Notes: a model not told the origin generated them from the letters alone. DNA of 21,726 nt from a bacterium (GCA_024276125.1 JAJRXT010000086.1:1-21726); one strand, 5' to 3'; counted from the first letter of the stretch, positions 1-8,880 are shown. A program made the numbers and translations.

Positions 1-4
1 CATA

Positions 5-772
5 TCATTCATCTTTATTTTTACCCGAAAAAATCTTTAATAAGTCCATCGGAATTGGAAATAACGTAGTGGTGTTCTGATCGGCGCCTATTTTAACCAA
101 TGTTTCCAAATAGCGCAGTTGAACCGATATCCGATGTTTTTCCATCATTTCAGAGGCCTGAACCAGCTTTTCAGCAGATTGAAATTCGCCCTCAGCGCTA
201 ATAATTTTAGCCCGCCGCTCTCTTTCGGCTTCCGCCTCACGCGCCATAGCGCGCTTCATGTTTTCAGGTAAGTCCACATGCTTTATTTCTACATTAGAAA
301 CCTTGATCCCCCAAGGATCTGTCATTTGATCCAGTATACCTTGTAATTGACGGCTTATTTTTTCCTGAGCGGAAAGAATCTCATCCAAAGTCGCCTGTCC
401 CATTACGCTGCGTAACGTAGTCTGGGCAAGTTGCGAAGTAGCATACAGATAATTTTCCACTTCAAGTACGCTTCTTATTGCATCCATAACTCTAAAATAA
501 ACTACCGCATTAACCTTAGCCGATACATTATCGCGGGTAATAATATCCTGTTCCGGCACATCCAGCACCACAACCCGCAATGATATGCGAACCATCGTGT
601 CAATAGGAGCAAAAACAAAGATAATGCCCGGTCCCTTGGCCTGCTTCAATATTCTACCCAAACGAAAGACTACGCCGCGTTCATATTCTTTTAAAATTTT
701 AATCGAATTAAACATATACGCAAAGATAACAACCACGAAAATCATCACAAATTGCATAGCTTTAACCTCCAT
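5..772 (-). CDS. SPFH/band-7 (stomatin/prohibitin-like) membrane protein
   Basis: 255-aa ORF. N-terminal TM helix ([16 protein letters not shown]) followed by a band-7 core (RGVVFRLGR...IITRDNV...) and a C-terminal coiled coil ([11 protein letters not shown]). TGA stop at 5-7. Confidence 0.8.
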   Translation of the reverse strand: MEVKAMQFVMIFVVVIFAYMFNSIKILKEYERGVVFRLGRILKQAKGPGIIFVFAPIDTMVRISLRVVVLDVPEQDIITRDNVSAKVNAVVYFRVMDAIRSVLEVENYLYATSQLAQTTLRSVMGQATLDEILSAQEKISRQLQGILDQMTDPWGIKVSNVEIKHVDLPENMKRAMAREAEAERERRAKIISAEGEFQSAEKLVQASEMMEKHRISVQLRYLETLVKIGADQNTTTLFPIPMDLLKIFSGKNKDE

Positions 773-849
773 TTTTAGTATTAGCGAGTATCATATCAAC
801 CTTAAATTGCTATAAGCGATCACCCAAAGCTTTGAGGCTGTATCTTAAC

Positions 850-950
850 AAACATCCCTGTCATTCCCACAAAAATTTGAATCCATAACATTTTAAAAAG
901 ACAGGGTTCCTGCTTTCGCTGGAATGAGAAAAAAGCGATTACTCAATTGT
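850..950. repeat. Variant copy of interspersed palindromic repeat family 1 (TGTCATTCCC...GGAATGAG, CCCTGT...ACAGGG)
   Basis: Inverted motifs tgtcattccc / ggaatgag and ccctgt / acaggg. Tail 'agcgattactcaattg' resembles 'ggagttaactcaat' at 7408-7421. Confidence 0.45.
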
Positions 951-1043
951 AACGCAGTCTCTTTAAGGCAGGAGTCTAATTAGACCTCTTCGCTCTGCTT
1001 AAGAACAACAAGCAAAAAATAATGGTTGATGCGATATTGAAAA

Positions 1044-3125
1044 TTATTTTTCTTTTTCCGCTTTAACCTCTTCTATAATTTTTTCAGCCAAATGAGAGGG
1101 CACTTCTTCATAATGACAAAATTCCATATGAAATACCCCGCGTCCGCCGGTTATAGAACGCAGATCAGGAGCGTATTTTAAGACTTCCGACATGGGTACT
1201 TTAGCCTTTACAGTTTGAGAGTTTGCTCTGGGTTCCACGCCCAAAACTTTACCGCGTCTGGCGTTTAAATCCCCTATTATATCGCCCAAACAGTCATCAG
1301 GGACAGATATTTCCATATCCATAATAGGCTCTAATAATACCGGTTTAGCGTGCATAACAGCTTTTTTAAATCCCATGGAGGCGGCAATTTTAAAGGCCAT
1401 TTCAGATGAATCCACCGAATGAAAAGAACCGTCATACAGGGTAACTTTAACATCCACCACTGGATAACCGGCCTGTACGCCGCCCACCATAGCTTCCACT
1501 ATACCTTTTTCCACAGCGGGTATATATTGGCGCGGGATAACGCCGCCTACGATTTTATCTACAAATTCAAATCCTGCTCCATGCGGTAAGGGTTCTATTT
1601 TCAGCCAAGTATCGCCATACTGGCCTCTGCCGCCAGATTGTTTTTTGTATTTTCCCTGAGCCTTGGCAGAGGCTTTAATGGTTTCTTTATAGGGTACTTT
1701 AGGGGTTTTCATATCCACTTCCACTCCGAATTTTCGTTTCAGCCTTTCTACAATCACCTCTAAGTGTACCTGCCCCATACCGGATACGATTAATTCGTTA
1801 GTTTCCTCATCCCGCTTAATTTCCAAAGACGGGTCTTCATCATTTAGACGCTGTAAGGCTTGGCTTACCTTTTCCTAATCGCCTTTGCTTTTGGGCTCCA
1901 TGGCAAAAGATAAAACCGGTTTGGGAAATTCTATCGGATTAAATATTATCGGCGTTTTTTCTTCACATAGCGTATCCCCTGTTTGCGTATATTTTAACTT
2001 GGCTATAGCGCCGATTTCCCCGGCTTTAACAGAATTTGTAGCCCTTTGGTTTTTACCTTGTAATTCGTATATATGTCCAACGCGTTCGTGTTGTTTTTGC
2101 GTGGAATTATAAACATTGGAATCCGCATGCAGCTCTCCTGCAAATACCCTGAACATGCTAAGCTTACCAATATGCTGATCTACTATAGTTTTAAAGACTT
2201 GCAGCGCCAGCGGCGCATCTACTGCCGGCTTGCATATTATGCTTTTGCCTTTGGGGTCAGTTGCTTCTATGGCATGTCGTTCTGCCGGAGAAGGCAGGTA
2301 ATCCAGTATAGCATTTAATAGGGGTTGAATAGCGATATTATGCGTAGCCGAACCGCATGCGACCGGTACCAGTTGCGAGGTAATAGTTGCTTAGCGCAGG
2401 GCTTTTTCCAACTGCTCAGCAGAAGGCTCTTCTCCTTCTAAATAGGCGCCTAACAGATCATCGTCAGTCTCAACAATCGCCTCCACCAGTTTTTCGCGAT
2501 ATTTTGCGGCTTCTTCCTTTAATTCAGCCGGAATATTTTTCTCGTCGTATTTACCGCTTAAATCATCTTTATATATATAAGCTGTTTGTTTAATTAAATC
2601 GATAACTCCTTTAAAATTATGTTCTAATCCAATAGGAATTTGAATAGGCAGCGGATGCACTCCCAGCGCTTTTTCAATATCGCCTAATGCGCGGATAAAA
2701 TTAGCGCGGTCGCGGTCCATTTTGTTTATAAATATAATCCGCGGCAGCTCATAATCATGAGCGAATCCCCAGAGTTTTTCGGTCTGTACTTTAACGCAGG
2801 AAATAGCGCTTACAATAACAATAACGGCATCGGCGGCCTTAAGCGAGGCCTTGGTATCGGCAATAAAATTGGCATAACCCGGGGTATCTATAATAGTTAT
2901 TTTATGTTTTTTCCATTCGGCATAGCCTAATGAAGAATTAATGGTAATTTGTCGTTTTATCTCATCGGGGTCAAAATCCAAAGCAGCGGTACCTTTTAAG
3001 ACTTCGCCTAGGCGGGTGATGCTTGCGGCATCATATAACATAGCCTCGGCCAGCGATGTCTTACCCGCGCCTCCATGAGCGATAATTCCCACATTACGTA
3101 ACTGCGATATACTGTATTGCTTCAT
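1044..3125 (-). pseudogene. Elongation factor G-like GTPase paralog (EF-G2-like), interrupted by two in-frame stops
   Basis: Three ORFs (2391-3125, 1875-2156, 1044-1826) lie in one minus-strand frame (distances 969 and 1299 nt, both multiples of 3). Continuous translation gives a ~693-codon EF-G: G-domain NVGIIAHGGAGKTSL / DTPGYANF / NKMD, domain II, then domains IV-V (SGGRGQYG...). A TAA at 2391-2393 falls where E. coli EF-G has ALR-Q-R. A TAG at 1875-1877 falls where EF-G has EPKTKAD-Q-EK. The usual His of the DTPGH motif is Tyr here, suggesting a paralog rather than the primary fusA. Confidence 0.7.
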
Positions 3126-3198
3126 AATCAGGACTCCTTTTTTAGGCTATGTTATTTTTAATGAATTTATTTTATTTCATATAAAGACGCAATGCTTC

Positions 3199-3350
3199 GC
3201 AGGTTGGGTTGAAGAATGAAACCCAACAAAAATTGTTTATCAATAATTAATTTTATGTGTAATTCGCTACCCATATTCTTCTCTTTTTTGTTATTTAAAA
3301 ATCTTTTCAGCATAGCAGGTTGGGTTAATTAAACAAAGCAAAACCCAAGA
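3199..3350. repeat. Two related hairpins (GCAGGTTGGGTT...AACCCAAC/G) in the 5' region of the EF-G paralog
   Basis: 3199-3235 and 3313-3348 each have an 8-bp GTTGGGTT/AACCCAAC stem, preceded by gcagg. No adjacent U-tract on either strand. Confidence 0.4.
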
Positions 3351-3509
3351 AAAACAGCCTATTGTATTAGATAAACTCTAATTTTACAACTATAAATTCA
3401 TGTCATTATCTTCGCATGATTCATGTATCCGAATCCGTCCTGTTTCTATAATCCACAGTTTCTTCTCAACAGGCGTATGAAAAAGCATTTGTAGAAATTG
3501 GCGGATCAA

Positions 3510-3773
3510 CTATTCCAATAAAGTAACGCTTGGGTTACGAGAAATTCTGATAACTACAATTCCATAGCTTTTAGATGGAGGGAATCTCAAAACATCGGTA
3601 AAGTCCAAGTCTAATGTTACTAAACAACGCTGTTCGGCACAGCATACTTCATAAAGGCGCTGATCCGGACAACCGTTCAACCTTTGACTGCAAACTGTTT
3701 GGACATCATGCCCCTTAACACGAAAAATATGCTGGGTTCTGGTTCCAAAATTCTCATCAAGCTTAAATTTCAC
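3510..3773 (-). CDS. DUF5615 (Mut7-C/PIN-like) putative toxin
   Basis: 87-aa ORF. Overlaps the upstream DUF433 gene by ATGA, the typical DUF433/DUF5615 pair arrangement. Confidence 0.55.
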   Translation of the reverse strand: MKFKLDENFGTRTQHIFRVKGHDVQTVCSQRLNGCPDQRLYEVCCAEQRCLVTLDLDFTDVLRFPPSKSYGIVVIRISRNPSVTLLE

Positions 3774-4015
3774 TTGAGGGTCCCTGCGGAAATTTCAACA
3801 TACCGCTGTCTGGACATTTCTGCGCCATAGGCTATAGCCGCCCGAATATCCTCTTGCGTCAAGTGCGGATATTCTTCAAGAATTTTTTTAACACTCATAC
3901 CCTCAGCCAAAAAATCAAGTATCAGCGACACCCAAATTCGTGTCCCCCGAATGCAAGGCTTGCCAAAACAAACATTTGGGTCAATGGAAATACGCTTTAA
4001 AATTTCCTTCATCAC
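3770..4015 (-). CDS. DUF433 domain protein (antitoxin-like partner of DUF5615)
   Basis: 81-aa ORF with DUF433-type sequence (GKPCIRGTRIWVSLILDFLAEGMS...EYPHLTQEDIRAAIAY). Four-nt overlap with the downstream gene. Confidence 0.6.
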   Translation of the reverse strand: MMKEILKRISIDPNVCFGKPCIRGTRIWVSLILDFLAEGMSVKKILEEYPHLTQEDIRAAIAYGAEMSRQRYVEISAGTLK

Positions 4016-4027
4016 TTCCTAAAATTG

Positions 4028-4588
4028 CTAATCATTCTTACTGCCATCATTATCATCATCCTGAGGTAATAAATCTTTTAGCTCTTCCAATTTTGGCAAA
4101 CCGGACAGATCGTCTAAGCCAAGGTAGATTAAAAAATCCCGGGTTGTGCCGTACATAATAGGCCGCCCTGGTATTTTTTTGCGCCCTGCCATTTTTATAA
4201 GCTTTCGCTCAAGCAGCATCCTTAGGATACCGCTTACATCCACACCGCGTACAGCCTCAACTTCCGCCCTTATAATAGGCTGACGATAGGCGACAATCGC
4301 CAGCGTCTCCATCGCCGCCTGCGACAGACTGCGCAACTGACGGCTGCTATATAAACGCCGTATCCATGACGCAAGCTCGGCCTTTGTTGCCAGCTGATAC
4401 CCGCCGGCCACCTTAACCAATTGAATTCCCCTGTCATCTGCCTTATATTCTTGCTCCAATTTTTCCAGACAGAAAATTATTTCTTTTTTATTGCTATCGG
4501 TTATTTCTTTTAGCAGGTTTACAGATAAAGGCTTATCCGCTACAAACAGCAGGGCTTCAATAATACTTTTTAACTGCACATCACTCAT
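4028..4588 (-). CDS. scpB: Segregation and condensation protein B
   Basis: 186 aa with two winged-helix ScpB repeats (IEALLFVADKPLS...; LETLAIVAYRQPIIRAEVEAVRGVD). Acidic C-terminal tail. Confidence 0.85.
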   Translation of the reverse strand: MSDVQLKSIIEALLFVADKPLSVNLLKEITDSNKKEIIFCLEKLEQEYKADDRGIQLVKVAGGYQLATKAELASWIRRLYSSRQLRSLSQAAMETLAIVAYRQPIIRAEVEAVRGVDVSGILRMLLERKLIKMAGRKKIPGRPIMYGTTRDFLIYLGLDDLSGLPKLEELKDLLPQDDDNDGSKND

Positions 4589-4683
4589 TTAATATTACTG
4601 TTTAATCCGCATAACTTATATGATAAATATTGATATATTAGCCCATAGCCTATGAAATGTAAACCATTTTATTACCCTCGCCC

Positions 4684-5982
4684 CTACCAATGCACGGTTT
4701 GGTCTAATACCTCTTTGGGTACCTGCGGGTCGGAATATGAGGTGCGAAACAATAATTCCTCAGTATAGGCAAATATCCTGATTAATCTCAAAAAATAACC
4801 ATTGAAAAACGGATATAGGGGAATGTATAAAAACAAGCGGATATCCTGAACTTTTGCAGCCGAAAGCAGCCAGCAAATAAACAATTGGAGAGCATTGTTT
4901 ATTATAAAAATAATATATCCCAAAACCAGTACCCACCACATAACAGGCCGGTGATAGATAAACAACCAGCCTAAATAAATTATAAAACTGTAACCGGCGA
5001 TTATCTGATAAGCCAAAATATCAAGACTGCCTAAAAGAATTGATATGTCAAAGTTTGCATGCAGGGGATTAAATACGCTTATATATTTGCGGAAATGATA
5101 GCGGATAACGCTGCGATTCCAGCGGCGCTGCTGTTTTATAAAACCGGCGATTGTATCCGGTACGCAGGTAAAACAAACCGCATCCGGCGCAAAGGCAATC
5201 TTACCGCCTGCCAGCTTGCTTTTCATGGTTAAATCGGCATCTTCGCCCGGACCCACATCCCAGCCGCCTACCTGCTCCAATATACTGCGCCTAAACGCCC
5301 CGAAGGCGCCCGACACAATAAGCAGAATATTAAGTTTGGCGCCGGCTATTCTGCCTACTGAAATATTAATCAAATATTCAATCGCCTGCATTCTGGTAAG
5401 CAGGTTCTCGCCCATATTCCTTACTTTTATATTGCCGGAGACCGCTATAATATCAGGCTTTGCAAATGGAGCTAATATTTTTTTTACTGCATGAGCATCA
5501 AACACCGTATCAGCATCCGCCGTTATGATATACTTTCCCTTAGCATAACGCAGCCCCAAATTGGCGGCTGAAGATTTACCGCCTCTTATACGATTGCGTA
5601 AAAACAGGATTTCCTTTTTATCAGCCAGCAACTTACATATATTAGGGGTATTGTCTGTCGAGCCGTCATCAACTACAATAATTTGTATATATGGATAGCT
5701 TTGCTTTTTAAGTGAATAAATCGTATTTAGGATACCCTGCTCTTCATTATAACAAGGAATGATTATGGATATATAAGTTTTAGTACGCACTAATTGCGCC
5801 ACAAAAAGCGAGCCAGCATCATCTTTGTTAAATAATACATTAAGTAAGACCACAATATCGGTAAACAAATAGCGCGGTAATTCCAAGAATATAAACGGCC
5901 AGTAAAACAGGACAATACTCGCCCAATCACGATTTAATATCCCGCTGAAACCATAGGCAAAATAATTGATAATATCTTGCAT
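4684..5982 (-). CDS. Processive family-2 glycosyltransferase (membrane polysaccharide synthase; PgaC/NodC/cellulose-synthase-like)
   Basis: 432 aa. GT2 motifs VVDDGSTD, ADADT, GPGEDADL and QQRRW (QxxRW). Multiple TM helices at both ends. Confidence 0.75.
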   Translation of the reverse strand: MQDIINYFAYGFSGILNRDWASIVLFYWPFIFLELPRYLFTDIVVLLNVLFNKDDAGSLFVAQLVRTKTYISIIIPCYNEEQGILNTIYSLKKQSYPYIQIIVVDDGSTDNTPNICKLLADKKEILFLRNRIRGGKSSAANLGLRYAKGKYIITADADTVFDAHAVKKILAPFAKPDIIAVSGNIKVRNMGENLLTRMQAIEYLINISVGRIAGAKLNILLIVSGAFGAFRRSILEQVGGWDVGPGEDADLTMKSKLAGGKIAFAPDAVCFTCVPDTIAGFIKQQRRWNRSVIRYHFRKYISVFNPLHANFDISILLGSLDILAYQIIAGYSFIIYLGWLFIYHRPVMWWVLVLGYIIFIINNALQLFICWLLSAAKVQDIRLFLYIPLYPFFNGYFLRLIRIFAYTEELLFRTSYSDPQVPKEVLDQTVHW

Positions 5983-6063
5983 AACCGTAAAATTAGTTGT
6001 AGGTTATAGGCTTATACTTTATAATAACGTGAGTTTGACATAAAAGTTGTTGAATTAATTAAA

Positions 6064-6125
6064 CTGTAGGGGCGGCGGCTTGTCCCCGCCCGTGATTCGG
6101 GAGGGGACAAGCCCCTCCCCTACAG
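6064..6125. other. GC-rich long imperfect hairpin (CTGTAGGGG...CTTGTCCCC // GGGGACAAG...CCCCTACAG) in divergent intergenic region
   Basis: 62 nt at roughly 75% GC inside AT-rich DNA. Arms of 9+9 bp are perfect, with an internal imperfect segment and loop TGATT. Confidence 0.5.
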
Positions 6126-6257
6126 GAAATTTACGTTAATTACTTGATATGTAACAATGTTCTACTTTTTCTTATGTCGAACTCAGGTTATAATAGGGAA
6201 CTATTAAAAAAATAACGTAAGTTAAACATAAAACTTACTTGCTTTATTCGGCTGTAA

Positions 6258-6428
6258 GGACGGGTTTGAAACTCAATGCTGTTGATTTAAGGTGGAAACC
6301 AGTCATTCTGAGGCTGGAGGCCGAAGAATCTCCCCCCGCAACAGCTAGAAGATTCTTCACTCCACTTACGTTTCGTTCAGAATGACAATTTACTTAAGTC
6401 AACAACATTGGGGTCAAACCCGCCCCTA
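6258..6428. repeat. Palindromic MITE/REP-like element, repeat family 1 (full copy with outer and inner inverted repeats)
   Basis: Inner TIRs are GTCATTCTGAGG (6302-6313) and TTCAGAATGAC (6376-6386). Between them lie GAAGAATCT / AGATTCTTCAC and 'TCCACTTACGTTTCGTT'. Outer arms cgggtttgaaactcaatgctgttgatttaag / cttaagtcaacaacattggggtcaaacccg are inverted. Confidence 0.6.
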
Positions 6429-6466
6429 TAAAAAATTTACATCAATTATACAAACAGGAGCAAAAG

Positions 6467-7141
6467 ATGAATACTATAAAAGCTACCACCATTAATGATG
6501 CGTGGCATCAGGCCGTATATCAATGCTGGAAGGACGGATATGATTATAAGATTGACAGCGGTTCATATCAAGGACAGATTCGCCGGCAGTTTGATTTTTT
6601 CGCTTGCGAAATAGCCCAGCCCGAAACCAGACCGCTGGCGATTCAGTTTCCTGAAAATCTGTCAGTTCCAGCGCCCAATACAGAAGCTCAAATTGAAGAT
6701 TATGCGGCAAATTACCTGTTAAACAAAGAGACCAGCCACAAAGAAACATATACCTACGGCAGCAGAATGCTTAATTTCCCCAATCCAGACGGTACATATA
6801 CAGATCAAGTAGAATGGATTATCAATCACTTACGGGAATTCCCCGGTAATAATCACTGCGCAATTACAGTGCCATTAGGAGGCGATTTAACACTCAGCCA
6901 TGCGCCTTGTCTGCGGGTAGTGGATTTAAAAATAGTCAATGGAAAGCTTGATATTTCAGTCTACTTCCGCAGTTGGGACTTATGGAGCGGTTTTCCTACC
7001 AATTTGGGCGGTTTTCAGTTGTTTAACGAGTTTGTGGCACAAGAAATAGGTATACCAACGGGTAAGATGTTTGCCGCAAGCGCGGGACTACATTTATATG
7101 AAATGTATTTTGAAGTGGTAAAGGCTCGCTTTAATCAGTAA
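6467..7141 (+). CDS. Thymidylate synthase family protein (short, divergent ThyA-like)
   Basis: 224 aa. Aligns to the ThyA core: HAPC (Cys nucleophile, like PCH), YFRSWDLWSGFPTNLGGFQL (like [20 protein letters not shown]; Asn retained, so dUMP-type), GLHLY (like DTHLY). Short C-terminus as in archaeal/phage-type enzymes. RBS aggag at 6455-6459. Confidence 0.6.
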   Translation: MNTIKATTINDAWHQAVYQCWKDGYDYKIDSGSYQGQIRRQFDFFACEIAQPETRPLAIQFPENLSVPAPNTEAQIEDYAANYLLNKETSHKETYTYGSRMLNFPNPDGTYTDQVEWIINHLREFPGNNHCAITVPLGGDLTLSHAPCLRVVDLKIVNGKLDISVYFRSWDLWSGFPTNLGGFQLFNEFVAQEIGIPTGKMFAASAGLHLYEMYFEVVKARFNQ

Positions 7142-7168
7142 GATATCGGTCTTATGTTTCTATCTGTA

Positions 7169-7199
7169 GAGGCGGGTTTTTAAACCCGTCTTTTATGTT
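7169..7199 (+). terminator. Rho-independent terminator after the ThyA-like gene
   Basis: GGCGGGTTT-tta-AAACCCGTC stem (one G-U pair) followed by CTTTTATGTTT. Confidence 0.55.
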
Positions 7200-7240
7200 T
7201 CATTATATTATGTTTCGGGGTGGGACACCTCGAAACATAC

Positions 7241-7425
7241 GATTCCCGATAAAGACATTCGGGAATGACAGGTGGTTTTGCAAGAGCCTCATAGGTTTTA
7301 AGTTTGTCATTCTGAAGCGGAGCGAAGAATCTGCTCCCATTATGCGAGCGGATTCTTCACTCCACTTCGTTTCGTTGGCAATGACAGCTAAGAAAATTAA
7401 ACGGATTTGGTTTCGGAGTTAACTC
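7241..7425. repeat. Composite copy of repeat family 1 (small ATTCCCGA/TCGGGAAT hairpin plus large palindromic element)
   Basis: 7241-7275 is the reverse complement of 'ctgtcattcccgaatg...tatcgggaatc' seen at 18510 and 21331. 7306-7392 reads gtcattctgaag...gaagaatct...gattcttcactccacttcgtttcgtt...aatgacagctaagaaaattaaac. Confidence 0.6.
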
Positions 7426-7512
7426 AATAGCCATTTTGATAAATAACTTTATGTTATCGGCTTGAGACAAACCAAAACATGAACCAGCACTTACAAAACT
7501 ATACTCTGGCAA

Positions 7513-8070
7513 TTATTTTTCTTCAAATACTTCCGCTAATTCAATATCCAGCCCCTCCAGGACAGCCAGCGGTAAAATCTCTTTTGCCCCGAAAATATCC
7601 CCCCTACCATAAATACCGTCTTTGTCCAGTAAATAACGCTCCACATAATTTTCAATCGGGTGGATAAGTATATATTCTTTTACGCCATGTTTTTCATAAC
7701 TTCTCATCTTCTCCCGCTTATCTTTAAGAGAGGTATAAGGAGAAAGCGCTTAAATCGCAATATCAGGCGCGCCGGATATATTGGCCTTGGTAATTTTCTT
7801 TTTATCGCAAACCACTAAAATATCAGGCTGAACAACGTCATATTCAGATAAAACCACATCCGTCGGCGCAATAAACACCCGGCAAGACTTGCCTTTTAAC
7901 TTGAGATTCAAAAGAGTATAAAAATTTCCCACAATTATCTGGTGCCTGATAGACGGCGCAGGGCTCATGTTATAGGCTACGCCGTCTATTATTTCCCATC
8001 TTTCATCATCCGGCCACTTGAGATAGTCTTTGTAGGTATATTTTTTGTCTGTTTTTATAGCTAAAAACAT
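7513..8070 (-). pseudogene. Uma2-family (DUF820) PD-(D/E)xK endonuclease with in-frame TAA at the conserved Glu
   Basis: ORFs 7750-8070 and 7513-7707 are in the same frame (363 nt apart). Read-through gives ...GAPDIAI-*-ALSPYTSLKDKREKMRSYEKHGVKEYILIHP..., matching Uma2 PDLVVEVLSPST...Y...GV.EYW.VDP. The TAA at 7750-7752 replaces the E of 'EVLSPST'. Upstream RBS aagga. Confidence 0.7.
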
Positions 8071-8163
8071 GGTAAATCCTTGTAGGCGCGGGTTTTTAAA
8101 CCCGCCTCCATGGCCGACCTAAAGGTTAGCGGCTACATTACACGACCACATTATCTTGTATAC

Positions 8164-8568
8164 TTATTTTTTGCCGGATTTTCCCTTTGGAGAGTTTTTT
8201 TCTTTTTCTTCCTCACTTGCTCCGGCGGATTCTTCTTTTTGAGCCTCTTCGCCCTTTTGCCGGTTTTCCAAAGAAGATACCCTGCTGTTTAATTCATCTA
8301 AGCGGGCATTTAAATTGTCTATATCCTTTTTGGAAACAAAGGGATTTTTCTCAAAGATTTTATTGCTTATTTCGTTTATTAATTCCTCGCTTTTGGCCTT
8401 GCTTACATTAATTTTTTCCTCAAGCTCATCTACAAATTTGGTTCGTTCAGCATCATCAATTTTACCTTTTTTCACCAAATCATCTAATAAATCTATTACT
8501 TTAGCTTGAGTATCTAAACCAGTCGTTATTACGCGTTTTAATAAATCCAACATTGCTTTTTCCTCCAT
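8164..8568 (-). CDS. Phasin-like coiled-coil protein (PHA-granule-associated/PhaF-like family), Lys/Glu-rich tail
   Basis: 134 aa, entirely heptad-like (LDDLVKKGKIDDAERTKFVDELEEKI...LNARLDELNSRVSSLENRQ). Family assignment from composition and pattern only. Confidence 0.45.
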   Translation of the reverse strand: MEEKAMLDLLKRVITTGLDTQAKVIDLLDDLVKKGKIDDAERTKFVDELEEKINVSKAKSEELINEISNKIFEKNPFVSKKDIDNLNARLDELNSRVSSLENRQKGEEAQKEESAGASEEEKEKNSPKGKSGKK

Positions 8569-8642
8569 AATAAAAGTAAAAAACGTACTTAAGAACTGTC
8601 ACAAAACAAGTTGTGCATTTTAGCGCTAAGATTTAGCTTAGA

Positions 8643-8721
8643 TTCAGGCGGTCTGATAAAAGCAAAATTTGAGGACTAGCTGCGCTAATTCAATGATTTT
8701 GCTTTTTGAAGACCGCCTGAA
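8643..8721. other. Nested long hairpin (TTCAGGCGGTCT...AGACCGCCTGAA with inner AAAAGCAAAAT/ATTTTGCTTTT) in the 5' leader region of the phasin-like gene
   Basis: 12-bp outer stem (8643-8654 / 8710-8721) and 11-bp inner stem (8658-8668 / 8696-8706). Candidate structured RNA or operator. Confidence 0.4.
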
Positions 8722-8796
8722 GATGAGCAAAAGATTAGATGCGAAAAGGTACAAGTTATTTTGTGACGGTTCATTGCTATAATTAACCTTAAATTC

Positions 8797-8880
8797 GACA
8801 TAAAACTTATTGATTTTATTATCCTGTAAACGCAACAAGAAGATTCTTCGGCCTTACAGCCTCAGAATGACGGGCGATTA
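8797..8880. repeat. Partial copy of repeat family 1 (right half, reverse orientation)
   Basis: gaagattcttcggccttacagcctcagaatgac, plus 'ttcgacataaaacttattgatttta', which resembles motifs at 6036 and 6224. Confidence 0.5.

Noticed and set aside
585-815. Small + strand ORF antisense to the SPFH gene
   Set aside because: It is fully antisense to a well-supported gene, with low-complexity translation and no motif.
1885-2593. Three + strand ORFs (1885-2112, 2073-2318, 2387-2593) antisense to the EF-G paralog
   Set aside because: They exist only because the antisense strand of a long gene is open. No recognisable domains.
5216-5494. + strand 92-aa ORF inside the GT2 gene
   Set aside because: Antisense shadow ORF of the glycosyltransferase.
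6064-6125. tRNA or other small RNA gene in the GC-rich hairpin
   Set aside because: It is a single long hairpin with no cloverleaf, T-loop (GTTCRA) or anticodon-arm geometry.
7195-7667. + strand ORFs 7195-7422 and 7479-7667
   Set aside because: The first is composed of the palindromic repeat element. The second is antisense to the Uma2 C-terminal segment.
8110-8509. + strand ORFs (8110-8292, 8187-8411, 8315-8509) opposite the phasin-like gene
   Set aside because: Antisense to a coiled-coil gene whose repetitive codons give open antisense frames with low-complexity translations.
8644-8838. 64-aa ORF on the - strand
   Set aside because: It overlaps the nested hairpin and repeat copy. It has no start context or similarity and is likely non-coding.
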